From positions 1 to 47,665 of the forward strand of contig JAKQSH010000367.1 in assembly GCA_029570245.1 (NCBI GenBank): a stretch of 47,665 nt of DNA, written 5' to 3'. The notes beneath the pieces were generated by a model. That model searched no databases, had not been told where the DNA came from, and saw only the letters and a list, made by a program, of their open reading frames with translations. Origin of the DNA: Deltaproteobacteria bacterium (lineage in GTDB: Bacteria; Myxococcota_A; SURF-8). The translations under genes and the position numbers were made by a program. The stretch's first letter is position 1. Every line of letters starts with the position of its first letter. Positions 1-9,076 of this stretch are shown piece by piece.

Positions 1-756
1 GTTGATGATGTTCAGAAGATCGGCGGTCTGCATGGCATTGCCGAAATCGTCCCATATGATATTCAGCCCTTCCGCACTCACCTGCCAGGCTTCTGCAATC
101 AGTTCCGCGTCCGAAAGCGAGCTGTAACGGTGAAAATATCCGGATGGTTCCAGATGTTCCGGCACCGCGCCCAGAGCCTGCGGCAGAACGGCCAGCGCCG
201 CAGCAACGGTTTCGGAGTCTTCGTCCGTCCATTTCAGCGCCGCCGCCCAGCAGTCGATATCTTCGCCGCAGTCGGCTTGAGTAAACGCCTCGCTGCGCGC
301 CTCGGAAACGGCCGACAGAGTGGAGTCCGACGCCAGCGCCTGACGCAACTCGGCCACTTCGTCGAAAAGCGTCAGCAGATAAAAGTTTTTGTCCTGGACA
401 AAATTTCCGCTTTCTGCTGACGAGTAATCAGGGTCAAAAGGCTGCATGTCCAGCGGCGTTTCCGGCGCGCATAGCGAAGGGTCGATGCCGATCATTGATT
501 CGCTCCACTCCTGAAACTCGGCGCTTTCCGCTTCACTTTCCGGGTCGCTGTCGCTTTCCTGTACAGCATCGTCCTCAAACTCATCCTCGGTCGAATCCGT
601 GTCTCCGTCGCTTTCGGTCTCGGCGCTCTCAGAAAGTTCAGAAATTTCGGCATCTCCATCCGGGATATCGCTTCCTGTGTCGTCTTCTCCGCTGCAGCCG
701 TTCAGCAAAAAAAGAACCGCAACAATAATCATTGCCGGAAACAGACGGGATTTCAT
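1..756 (-). CDS. Hypothetical secreted lipoprotein. The 3' end runs off the left edge of the window. It is absent from the ORF track because no stop codon lies inside the window.
   Basis: Reverse-strand ATG at 756 (CAT at 754-756) is preceded by GGAGG (complement of 761-768). I translated all 252 codons down to position 1 by hand and found no stop: MKSRLFPAMIIVAVLFLLNGCSGEDDTGSDIPDGDAEISELSESAETESDGDTDSTEDEFEDD...IIWDDFGNAMQTADLLNIIN. It has a signal peptide, an LLNGC lipobox, then an acidic linker. Confidence 0.75.
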   Translation of the reverse strand, partial: MKSRLFPAMIIVAVLFLLNGCSGEDDTGSDIPDGDAEISELSESAETESDGDTDSTEDEFEDDAVQESDSDPESEAESAEFQEWSESMIGIDPSLCAPETPLDMQPFDPDYSSAESGNFVQDKNFYLLTLFDEVAELRQALASDSTLSAVSEARSEAFTQADCGEDIDCWAAALKWTDEDSETVAAALAVLPQALGAVPEHLEPSGYFHRYSSLSDAELIAEAWQVSAEGLNIIWDDFGNAMQTADLLNIIN

Positions 757-1528
757 GGTTTAACCTCCACAGACTGAAACAAACAGGATTCTCCGGGAAA
801 ATATTCTTCATTAATTCTGATTCAATAAGATTAATGCAGTATCGTCTGCAGGTCAACAGCCCGGCGCGAATTAACCGGAAACTGACGTTTTCGGAAAAAT
901 ATTAAAATATCGAAGAACCGGCTTCTGCAATGGATTTGACGATTGACGGTAAATAAGTATGATTGCCAGTTAATGAAAGCCATCTCGATTGCAGAGCGGT
1001 TTTTCTGCATCGAGTTCCGTCGGCACATCTTGACAAAGGATTTCAGCAGCTTTGATTTCGGAAAGAATCAGAATTCAGGCATACATCACACTGCTGCTCA
1101 TGGCTGCTGTCTGGGTTGCGGCAGGCCTGGATTTTGTTTCTTTCGAACACAAATGGAACAGCAGGCAGCAGACCTATCTGCATTTTTCAAAATGCGGCGA
1201 AAATCTTTCGATTTTCCTGACTCCTTCTCACGATGAAAACATTCTTGAAACCGGAAAATATGTAAAGCCCGCAGCGGCGGATGTCTGTCAGATGCTGTCT
1301 CAAATGAGACACAACAATCTGTCCTGTCCCCAGGACAGATCAGTTATGGTAGAATCTTCCATACGACAGTGTTTTTCTGTCTCTGATATTGCGACATCTG
1401 CCGGAGCACACGTATGCAACTATGCACCCAAACATTCCCCGCCAGCCGATATGGTCTGAAATCCTCTTCTGTTTTCTGAAAAATAAGTTGTTCAGCTGTC
1501 TCAGCCGTTGGTTTTCGAAAGCGTTGCA

Positions 1529-2029
1529 ATGTCGCTGCGTCACAGTCATTTAATTCTGGCCCTTCTGCTGGCTCTGCCTGTCGCCGTCGTAACCTTGTAT
1601 TTGTTCCGGCCCGATAAGGCTGTGCCGGACGATTGCCGCATGGTTCCCATTGAGCGCTGGCGTAACGGTGAGCCGAAAACGCTGACCTGCGACTGGGTGA
1701 AGAATAACATCGAATACGCCAGATACTGCGCCATCAAACCCGACGGCAAAGAGGCCGGTTGCTGGGTAACGCGCAACGGCGAACCCTATGAAGGCGACGT
1801 TGTCGAATGGTACGTTTACGGCAGAATGCCCGATCCGCAGGCGGCTTACGGAGTGGCGCGGGCCATAATGCGTTTTTCCCGTGGACAGCCGGACGGCGTC
1901 TGGCTGAATTATTATCCGAACGGAAAACTTATGAACGAAACCGTTTTCGAAAATGGTAGAAGCAAGGAAGTAAGACTTTACGACCAGTCCGGCAAGCTGG
2001 TGAGGAAAAACAGCTTTTCTTACCCTTAA
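1529..2029 (+). CDS. MORN-variant (YwqK-like) repeat protein with an N-terminal membrane anchor
   Basis: ORF 1508..2029. The N-terminus is hydrophobic (LILALLLALPVAVVTLYLF). It is followed by repeats of the type GVWLNYYPNGKLMNETVFENGRSKEVRLYDQSGKL. ATG 1529 is preferred over TTG 1508, but the start is uncertain and there is no clear SD. Confidence 0.5.
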   Translation: MSLRHSHLILALLLALPVAVVTLYLFRPDKAVPDDCRMVPIERWRNGEPKTLTCDWVKNNIEYARYCAIKPDGKEAGCWVTRNGEPYEGDVVEWYVYGRMPDPQAAYGVARAIMRFSRGQPDGVWLNYYPNGKLMNETVFENGRSKEVRLYDQSGKLVRKNSFSYP

Positions 2030-2038
2030 GGAAGCACA

Positions 2039-3883
2039 ATGAATCGAAAAATAAAAGCTTCGCTGATATCCATCTGTTCAGATGTTCTTATGATAAGCAT
2101 CAAGGCGGTGCTGGCGTCCCTCAGCGGCAGCGCGGCGCTTCTGGCCGACGCTTATCATTCGCTGTCCGATCTTTTCGTTTCCATATCGGTGCTGACAGGA
2201 GCCGCTTCCCGTTCGTATGTCGAAAAACGGGCGGAGGCCTGCGCTCAATCGCAGACTGAAACCGGCACGCAGACCGCGACAGAAGAAACCGGCAGCGAAC
2301 AGAGCGCCGCGACTGATGAGGCACAGAGCGAAAGCGCACGTAAAAACGCGCCGGGCTACTGGATAGAGGCCGGAATCGCCTACATAATTTCTCTGGTGAT
2401 ACTGTATCTGCCGGTCGAAATCATAAGCGGCCTGGCCGACAGCGGATCATACGAAATCAGAAATACGTGGATTGCAGTCATCGGAGTGGTTCTCTGCATA
2501 ATCATTGCATATTTTCTTTCACGATTCAAAATTCAGGTCGGAGCCGAAACGGATTCTCCGGCACTGGCGGCAGACGGTTACCATACCCGCATGGACATGT
2601 TCAGCTCAATCGCCGTCCTGTTTTCGCTCATGGGGCATCAGATCGGCATCAGGCTTGATCCGCTGGTGGCCATAATCATAGCCGTACTTATCGGAATAAC
2701 CGGACTGGAGCTTTTCATAACGTCCGTCATGGGGTTTGTACAGAAAACCAGCCTGCGCGATCTTTCGCTGTGGGGCAGGATAAACGCCGGAGCCGACCGT
2801 GCTTTTTCTTATACGGTCATGCGGTTTACCGGGCGCAGCGTTTCGTTGTCGGAATTCAATCTGGTCGGGCGTTTTTCGCCGCATAAATTCCTGACTCCGC
2901 GACGCCTGGCGCTCTGGCTGTTTCTGGCGTCGGCGCTGTGGTTTTCCAGTGGTCTGACCACCATCGCCCCTGATGAGATCGGCGTAAAATTCCGCTTCGG
3001 ACGCATTGTTGACGGCGAAATCAGGCCCGGCCTGGCCTATGGCTTGCCGTGGCCGCTCGAAAAAATAGAGCGTGTCAACATGACAAAGATTTACGGCGTC
3101 GAACTGGGTTTCCGCACCGATCAGAAGGCCGAAGGCAGTTTCACTTCCACACTGTGGGAAGCCACGCATACGGTTGACGGATACAGAAAAGAAAGGACGG
3201 AATCGGTCTCGCTGACCGGCGACGAAAACATCGTGGATTTCAGCCTGGTACTGCATTACCGCCCGCTGAATGCAGTGGTTCCGTTCTATAAGGTCAACAA
3301 CATCGACGAAGTTCTGCGCGGCCTTCTCGAATCCGGTATGCGCCGGGTTGTGGCAGTCAAAAACGCCGATCAGCTGCTGGTTGAAGACCGGCAGGCGATT
3401 CTTACGGAAATAAAGAATGAACTTTCGGAAGAAGTCAAACGCCTGGAACTGGGCGTCGAGATTATGGGAGTCTACTGCCATGACCTGCATCCGCCGCTTG
3501 AAGTGGTGGAGGCCTTCCGCAGCGTCTTTTCGGCGCGCGAAGAAAAAGCGCGTCTGCTGAACGAGGCCGAAAGCGCACGCAATGCATCCCTGCCGCAGGC
3601 TCGCGCCGACAGCAGACGCAAACTGCTTGAAGCCGAAGCCTTCGAGCATGAGCAGAAGGAACACTCCGGCGGCGACGCGGAAAATTTCAGGCTTAAGGCT
3701 GAAGCGTACCGAATCGCTCCGGGGGTCACATCTTACCGTTATTACATAGAAACAGCCGAAAAAGGCATGGCCGGAAAGAAAAAAATCATTGCCGACCCGG
3801 ACGCCAACCGGGGCGGGTACAATCTGTGGTTTTTCGCGCCTGAAAAACTGGGCGGAATCAGCGGCATAAAAGGAGAACGATAA
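2039..3883 (+). CDS. Fusion protein: a CDF-type (cation efflux) membrane domain, one extra TM helix, and an HflK-like SPFH/band-7 domain
   Basis: SD AAGGAAG lies upstream of the ATG. The N-terminal half carries the two CDF signature helices with H-x3-D sites (LLADAYHSLSDLF and LAADGYHTRMDMF). Then comes the TM helix LALWLFLASALWFSSGL, followed by GVKFRFGRIVDGEIRPGLAYGLPWPLEKIERV...LTGDENIVDFSLVLHY and a coiled-coil tail typical of HflK. Confidence 0.7.
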   Translation: MNRKIKASLISICSDVLMISIKAVLASLSGSAALLADAYHSLSDLFVSISVLTGAASRSYVEKRAEACAQSQTETGTQTATEETGSEQSAATDEAQSESARKNAPGYWIEAGIAYIISLVILYLPVEIISGLADSGSYEIRNTWIAVIGVVLCIIIAYFLSRFKIQVGAETDSPALAADGYHTRMDMFSSIAVLFSLMGHQIGIRLDPLVAIIIAVLIGITGLELFITSVMGFVQKTSLRDLSLWGRINAGADRAFSYTVMRFTGRSVSLSEFNLVGRFSPHKFLTPRRLALWLFLASALWFSSGLTTIAPDEIGVKFRFGRIVDGEIRPGLAYGLPWPLEKIERVNMTKIYGVELGFRTDQKAEGSFTSTLWEATHTVDGYRKERTESVSLTGDENIVDFSLVLHYRPLNAVVPFYKVNNIDEVLRGLLESGMRRVVAVKNADQLLVEDRQAILTEIKNELSEEVKRLELGVEIMGVYCHDLHPPLEVVEAFRSVFSAREEKARLLNEAESARNASLPQARADSRRKLLEAEAFEHEQKEHSGGDAENFRLKAEAYRIAPGVTSYRYYIETAEKGMAGKKKIIADPDANRGGYNLWFFAPEKLGGISGIKGER

Positions 3884-4767
3884 TGAAAAAGGCGCTGGCG
3901 GCAATCGGAGCACTCATAATTCTGATTTATATCATCGGCACTTCTTTTGTCACCGTTCACGAAAGCGAAGTGGTGATAATCACGCTTTTCAATCGTCCGA
4001 CACGCATAGTCGATCAGGCCGGTCTGACGCTGAAATGGCCCGACCCCATTCAGACGGCCATCCGCCTTGACCACCGGTTGCAATCGCTTGATTCCAATCT
4101 GGGAGAATATCTGACGCGTGACAAGAAAAACCTGGTGGCGAGCAGCTTCATCATATGGCGCATAGCCGACCCGGAGCGGTTCATTCAGAGCGTGCGCAAC
4201 AGCGCAGGCGCGCAGCGCAGGCTTTCCGACCTTGTAAGCTCGGAAATTGGCGTCGCCATCGGCGAATACCAGTTGAGCGATTTTCTCAATACCGGCAAGG
4301 AAGGCTCGAAGATCGGAGAAATATGCGATAATGTTCTGAAGAAAACCGCACCGCAGTCAATGAATGATTTCGGCGTCGAACTGGTGGATGTGCAGTTGCG
4401 CCGCCTGGGATTCCCCAGCCAGAACCTGCGCTCTGTATACGACCGCATGAGCGCCGAACGTGAGCGCATAGCCAAAAAGTACCGCGCCGAGGGCGAGGAG
4501 GAAGCCTCCAACATCCGTTCGCAGACTGACAAGGAAGTGCGTGAACTGCTGGCGCATGCCTATCGCGAATCACAGATAACGCGCGGGCGCGGGGAGGCCG
4601 AAGCCATCAAAATCTACGCCGAAGCATTCTCGAAGGACCCCGGCTTCTACAAAATGATGCGTACTCTCGAAGCCTACAACAAACTCATGGACGAGAAAAC
4701 CACTCTTATACTCTCGGCGGAGTCTCCGCTGTTCAAATATCTCGAAAATCCGCCGGAGGGAAACTGA
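3883..4767 (+). CDS. hflC: SPFH/band-7 protein, HflC-like
   Basis: The ATG overlaps the upstream stop (TAATGA at 3881-3886). One N-terminal TM helix, then TVHESEVVIITLFNRPTRIV...LKWPDPIQT, and the C-terminal ERERIAKKYRAEGEEEA / RGRGEAEAIKIYAEAF motif typical of HflC. Confidence 0.7.
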   Translation: MKKALAAIGALIILIYIIGTSFVTVHESEVVIITLFNRPTRIVDQAGLTLKWPDPIQTAIRLDHRLQSLDSNLGEYLTRDKKNLVASSFIIWRIADPERFIQSVRNSAGAQRRLSDLVSSEIGVAIGEYQLSDFLNTGKEGSKIGEICDNVLKKTAPQSMNDFGVELVDVQLRRLGFPSQNLRSVYDRMSAERERIAKKYRAEGEEEASNIRSQTDKEVRELLAHAYRESQITRGRGEAEAIKIYAEAFSKDPGFYKMMRTLEAYNKLMDEKTTLILSAESPLFKYLENPPEGN

Positions 4768-4768
4768 A

Positions 4769-5698
4769 ATGAGCGAGGAAAAGACGCTTAAGCACACCTT
4801 CCGCCATGCGCGGAAGATTCTGCTGGCTTCGCTGGCGCTGCTGTTTCTGCTTTATCTGGCCAGCGGCATCTACGCGCTCAAACCGGAACAGACCGGAGTT
4901 CTGATGCGTTTCGGAAAAATTGTGGCCGACGATATTCAGCCCGGCATACATTACCATCTGCCATGGCCTTTTGAATCAGTGTCGCGCCCCAACACCAGGG
5001 AAATCCGCTCACTGGAACTGACTTTCAGAAACGACGAAGCTGCGGAAGAAGACGATTACGAAGGCGGTCAGCTGCTGACCGGCGACGAGAATATTGTTCT
5101 GCTTACGCTGCTGGTTCAGTACACCATAAAATCTCCGGCCGATTACCTGACCGGCTCCGAATACCCTGAATACATCCTGTCCCGCCTGATTCAGGCCGAA
5201 AGCGTCAGATTGTTTGCCAGCATGTACATAGACGACATTCTGACAACCGGGCGCAACAGCATTCAGAGTGAACTGAAGCAGAAAGTGCAGAAATCCTCCG
5301 ATGGAATCGGTCTGGGAATACAGCTGGTCTCGGTGCAGATGCAGGCTGTGGAGCCTCCGCCGCGCGTGGCGCACTCATTCAAAGATGTAGCCTCGGCCCG
5401 CGAAGACATGCACAAAATGCTTCAAAAAGCCAACGGTGAACGCAACCGCCGCCTGCCGGAGGCCCGCGCCCAGGCTGAGCGCTCCATAAAAGAATCCGAA
5501 GCTCAGGCCAGCGAAATGATCGAAATGGCGCGCGGTGACGCCGAGAAGTTTCTGTCGGTATGGGACGAATACCGCAAGGCGCGCAGCGTTACGGCTCATC
5601 GCATATACATGGAAACCGTCGAAAACGTTCTGACGCGGGTAAAGAAGCATATCGTAAACCCCAACGCAGAGCGTAAGGCAGGAAACGGTATGCGCTGA
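4769..5698 (+). CDS. hflK: SPFH/band-7 protein, HflK-like (second HflK-type copy in the operon)
   Basis: SD GGAGGG. It starts 2 nt after the previous stop. TM helix, then YALKPEQTGVLMRFGKIVADDIQPGIHYHLPWPFESV...LTGDENIVLLTLLVQY...ARGDAEKF. Confidence 0.7.
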   Translation: MSEEKTLKHTFRHARKILLASLALLFLLYLASGIYALKPEQTGVLMRFGKIVADDIQPGIHYHLPWPFESVSRPNTREIRSLELTFRNDEAAEEDDYEGGQLLTGDENIVLLTLLVQYTIKSPADYLTGSEYPEYILSRLIQAESVRLFASMYIDDILTTGRNSIQSELKQKVQKSSDGIGLGIQLVSVQMQAVEPPPRVAHSFKDVASAREDMHKMLQKANGERNRRLPEARAQAERSIKESEAQASEMIEMARGDAEKFLSVWDEYRKARSVTAHRIYMETVENVLTRVKKHIVNPNAERKAGNGMR

Positions 5699-6331
5699 TA
5701 TTTCAGCTGCATTACTGCCTTAACGTTATTGAGCGCTAACCTTCGTCGCTTGCGCCATGCTGCCGGCAAGAATGAATATCCGTTAATTTTTTTGTGGTAT
5801 TTTTATTTTTTCTGCTGTATGGTACAGCCCCTTTGTCGGGTCGTTCTCCGACTGTCTGCGAAGACGGCGTCCGAGGATCGCGGTATGTCGCCGCTCGCAT
5901 ACAGTCAGTGGATTTTTTGTTGCCTGGCTTCCAGGAATATGTATTCTATAGACGTGGTGGTTTTCCGGTTTGGAGAACAGAAGAATCTCTGCCGGAAACG
6001 CATGGATTTTTTTCCGTCTTTTGTGGTTCCATTATCACTGCCGGCCTGCGGAGAAGAAGGCTGCAGCAAGGGCGCGTTCAATTTAATACTCAGGGGGATT
6101 TAATGCGACGACGCCCGTTCGATGAGTTTCCATATGGATGGAAGCGATAAAGTTCCCGGATATTTTTATATTATTTTTTACTGACCCGTTCCGACATCGA
6201 ATGTGTTTCCGTTCGTGAAACCCAATTTCGAGAAACCGATGTGATGGTTCTTTTTCTTTCAGTCGCTGATGCAGCGAAGTAAATACATCCGACGGGCTTT
6301 ACGGCCCACTGCTCTTTTAACAATGGGAACT

Positions 6332-6362
6332 GACGGACGACACCGGTTGTCCGTCGATTTTT
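6332..6362 (+). terminator. Terminator-like or attenuator-like hairpin in the leader of the decarboxylase gene
   Basis: GACGGAC (6332-6338), a 10-nt loop, GTCCGTC (6349-6355), then GATTTTT. It lies about 45 nt upstream of ATG 6406, at the end of a roughly 700-nt non-coding stretch. Confidence 0.4.
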
Positions 6363-6405
6363 GTTCAACCTCAATGAATCAGGATTCTGGGAAAGTTACA
6401 GAGCA

Positions 6406-7584
6406 ATGAAAGAAACAAAAACTATTGACAGATATCTTACAGAAGAGGAACTTGAGAAAATCAAGCAGTTCTCCAAAGACAAAGAAACACCTTTTCTGAT
6501 TGTGAATCTTAAGAAAATCGAAGAAAACTACGACAATCTACATAGGTTGATGCCTTTCGCGAAAATCTATTACGCCGTAAAAGCAAATCCCATGGACGAG
6601 GTCGTAAAAACGCTGGCGAAGAAGGGCTCTTGCTTCGATGTCGCTTCGATATACGAAATCGACCAGTGTCTGGGTCTGGGAATTCCGCCTGAGCGCCTGA
6701 GCTACGGCAACCCGATCAAAAAATCGGAGCATGTCGCTTACGCCTATAAAAAAGGCATCCGTCTTTTCGCGACGGATTCACTGGAAGATATCCAGGGAAT
6801 CGCCAAAAACGCTCCGGGATCGAAAGTCCTCTTCAGAATCATCCTTGAAGGCGGTAATGCCGACTGGCCGCTGTCGAGAAAATTCGGCGCGCACCCGGAC
6901 ATGATTTATCATCTCATTCTAAAAGCCAGCAAAATGAACCTGGAACCTTACGGATTGTCTTTCCATGTCGGATCGCAGCAGCGCGACATCGGCGCCTGGG
7001 ACAACGCCATCTCGTTCTGCAAATATCTGTTCGACGCGCTGAAACAGCACAAAATAAAGCTCAAAGCAATCAATCTGGGCGGCGGATTCCCAACCGACTA
7101 CATCCATCCGACGCATCCGCTTGAAACCTACACCAAATACGTCACCAGATTCCTGCAGGAAGACTTCGCCGACGATTTCCCCGAAATCATCATCGAGCCG
7201 GGCCGCTCAATGGTCGGCAACAGCGGAGTCATGGTGACTCAGATCGTTATGATTTCCAGAAAATCCAGCCTTGACAAGAACAAATGGCTGTATCTGGACG
7301 CCGGAAAATTCAACGGCCTGATCGAAACCATCGACGAGTCGATCAAATATCCCATTTTTTGGGAGCACGCCCAGAAATCCGACCGCAACACAGAGAAGGT
7401 CATCATCGCCGGCCCGACCTGCGACAGCATGGACATCATGTACGAGAAATATCAGTACAAATTCCCTAAAGGCATGAAAGAGGGCGACAAGATGTTCATT
7501 CTTTCGACCGGCGCTTATACGCTGTCTTACTGCTCGGTATACTTCAACGGCTTCCCGCCGATGAAGGGCTACATTCTCAAGTAA
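6406..7584 (+). CDS. Group IV PLP-dependent decarboxylase (ornithine/lysine decarboxylase type, eukaryote-like ODC fold)
   Basis: Motifs: IYYAVKANP (PLP-lysine), INLGGGFP, IEPGRSMV, IIAGPTCDSMD (active-site Cys). ATG 6406 (MKETKTIDRY) is preferred over TTG 6361. Substrate (Orn, Lys or Arg) cannot be decided by eye. Confidence 0.8.
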   Translation: MKETKTIDRYLTEEELEKIKQFSKDKETPFLIVNLKKIEENYDNLHRLMPFAKIYYAVKANPMDEVVKTLAKKGSCFDVASIYEIDQCLGLGIPPERLSYGNPIKKSEHVAYAYKKGIRLFATDSLEDIQGIAKNAPGSKVLFRIILEGGNADWPLSRKFGAHPDMIYHLILKASKMNLEPYGLSFHVGSQQRDIGAWDNAISFCKYLFDALKQHKIKLKAINLGGGFPTDYIHPTHPLETYTKYVTRFLQEDFADDFPEIIIEPGRSMVGNSGVMVTQIVMISRKSSLDKNKWLYLDAGKFNGLIETIDESIKYPIFWEHAQKSDRNTEKVIIAGPTCDSMDIMYEKYQYKFPKGMKEGDKMFILSTGAYTLSYCSVYFNGFPPMKGYILK

Positions 7585-7610
7585 TACAGCCCCTTCAAAA
7601 AATCTTAAGA

Positions 7611-7650
7611 ACAGAAAGCTTTGCGGAATTCGCAAAGCTTTCTGTTTTTA
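7611..7650 (+). terminator. Rho-independent terminator of the decarboxylase gene
   Basis: Perfect 15-bp stem ACAGAAAGCTTTGCG / CGCAAAGCTTTCTGT with a 5-nt loop, followed by TTTT. Confidence 0.85.
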
Positions 7651-7798
7651 TATGGCGTAAAAACGGCCTGCCTACAGCCGATGCATACACTCAAATGCCG
7701 CATGCGACAGCTTTCCATTTGAGAATAGCCCCGTGAAGTGATACATAATGACGCAGCACGTTATGGCCGCTTCCGGCGGCTCTGCATGGAGAGGTACA

Positions 7799-8872
7799 AT
7801 GAACTGGGTCTGCGGAATTCTTACGGCGCTGCTGCTGATGGTAATTGCACTCTGGGTGCTGATTGAGATAGCCCGGCGTTATTTTCATGTTCCCTACCCG
7901 GAGTCCGAACGGCACTGGGCGGAAACCGTTGACGGTTTCAGGCTGGCCTTATATCGCCGGCGGCCTGAAAAGCAGCTCTTTGCTCTTCCGATTGTTCTGT
8001 GTCACGGTCTTGGAGCCAACCGCTACGATCTGGACTGGCCGCAATGCTCTTTGGCCCGCTATCTGTGCGACGCCGGTTTTGACGTGTGGGTCTGCGAACT
8101 GCGCAATGCCGGGCAGAGCGACAAGCCGCGTTTATGGAACAGACTGAGCGGGCGCTACAGTTTCGACGATCTGGAACAGAAGGATGTTCCGGCCATAATC
8201 GGAAAAGTGCTGGAAGTCACCGGTGCGCCGCAGCTTCTCTGGACAGGCCACAGCATGGGCGGCATGCTGGCTTATGCCTATCTTGGGCGCGGCGGAGATA
8301 AAATCGCCGCCGCCGTCGCCATCGCATCTCCTGCGTATTTCGACGGCTACGACTGGGCGCGTCCGATGTTCGGCATGGTAAAAAGAACAAGCTGGCTGCC
8401 CATGTACAATCAGGTTTTCGCCGCCCCTCTGCTGGCTCTGTGCCTCGATTTCTTCATTCCCGAACTTCTGAGGCGCTCGGCCAGTCTGGAGAATCTGGGC
8501 AGATATGCCGCGCGTCGCATGATTGTGAACGTGGCGGCCAACGTCTCTACGCCGCTGGGGCGGCAGTTCGTTCACTGGATCGAAAGCGGGCGCTTCGATT
8601 CATTTGACGGAAAAACCAACCACCACGACAATTTTTCCCGTATCCGCACGCCTTTTGCTTTCATAAGTTCAACCGGAGACGGACTGGTGTCTCCCGAAGG
8701 TGTGCAGAAAATATGCGACAGCATTTCCAGCACCGTGAAAGTTCACAGAATTTACGGAAAGCAATTCGGCGGGCTTTGTGATTACGGACACGGCGACCTG
8801 GTGCTGACTGAGAATTCCAGGAAGGAAGTTTTTCCTTTCATTCGCGATTTTCTGAAGGAACACACGCCGTAG
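7799..8872 (+). CDS. Alpha/beta-fold hydrolase (lipase/esterase type) with an N-terminal TM helix
   Basis: SD GGAGAGG before ATG 7799; the track ORF starts at 7748. Motifs: oxyanion region LCHGLGANRYDLDW, nucleophile elbow GHSMGG, and C-terminal ...DYGHGDLVL (His). Confidence 0.7.
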   Translation: MNWVCGILTALLLMVIALWVLIEIARRYFHVPYPESERHWAETVDGFRLALYRRRPEKQLFALPIVLCHGLGANRYDLDWPQCSLARYLCDAGFDVWVCELRNAGQSDKPRLWNRLSGRYSFDDLEQKDVPAIIGKVLEVTGAPQLLWTGHSMGGMLAYAYLGRGGDKIAAAVAIASPAYFDGYDWARPMFGMVKRTSWLPMYNQVFAAPLLALCLDFFIPELLRRSASLENLGRYAARRMIVNVAANVSTPLGRQFVHWIESGRFDSFDGKTNHHDNFSRIRTPFAFISSTGDGLVSPEGVQKICDSISSTVKVHRIYGKQFGGLCDYGHGDLVLTENSRKEVFPFIRDFLKEHTP

Positions 8873-9076
8873 AGATAAAAACGCGCTGATATTCTGCTCC
8901 TGACGATTTGCAAACGAAACATTCTTTCGGTTCCCGAATCGACCGTTTTCATTTGATTTCATAAAAATTACAAAAAACGACGGCACGCTGTTGCACATGC
9001 AGAAAGCGTCGTTATGGTATGAACAAGGAAGAAATTCCATAAGTACGAATCCAAACCCCAACCGGAGGATAATACC

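Noticed and set aside
1052-1459. 135-aa ORF (TTG start) in the 757-1528 gap
   Set aside because: It has no SD, a non-canonical start and no recognisable domain. Its composition is unlike the neighbouring genes. It is kept only as part of the unexplained spacer finding.
2606-3913. Long antisense ORFs opposite well-supported genes. Examples: 2606..3913(-), 12032..13348(+), 18306..19481(-), 21079..21855(-), 22664..23953(+), 28103..29350(-), 30837..31436(-), 36223..37071(-), 40977..41618(+), 43471..44439(+).
   Set aside because: Each lies fully inside a gene on the other strand that has clear family motifs and an SD. Their translations are Arg/Ala/Gly-rich or low-complexity without recognisable motifs. 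These are typical shadow ORFs of GC-rich coding DNA.
5729-6374. ORFs 5729..6103(+), 5794..6150(+) and 6171..6374(-) in the spacer upstream of the decarboxylase
   Set aside because: They overlap one another in different frames, lack an SD and have odd composition (Cys/Arg/Phe-rich) with no motifs. The region is treated as non-coding leader or spacer (see finding).
7799-8872. The alpha/beta hydrolase at 7799..8872 (and the one at 35642) as a PHA synthase partner for PhaR
   Set aside because: Both have a Ser nucleophile (GHSMGG and GHSMGV) rather than the Cys lipase-box (GxCxG) of PHA synthases. They are therefore called generic hydrolases.
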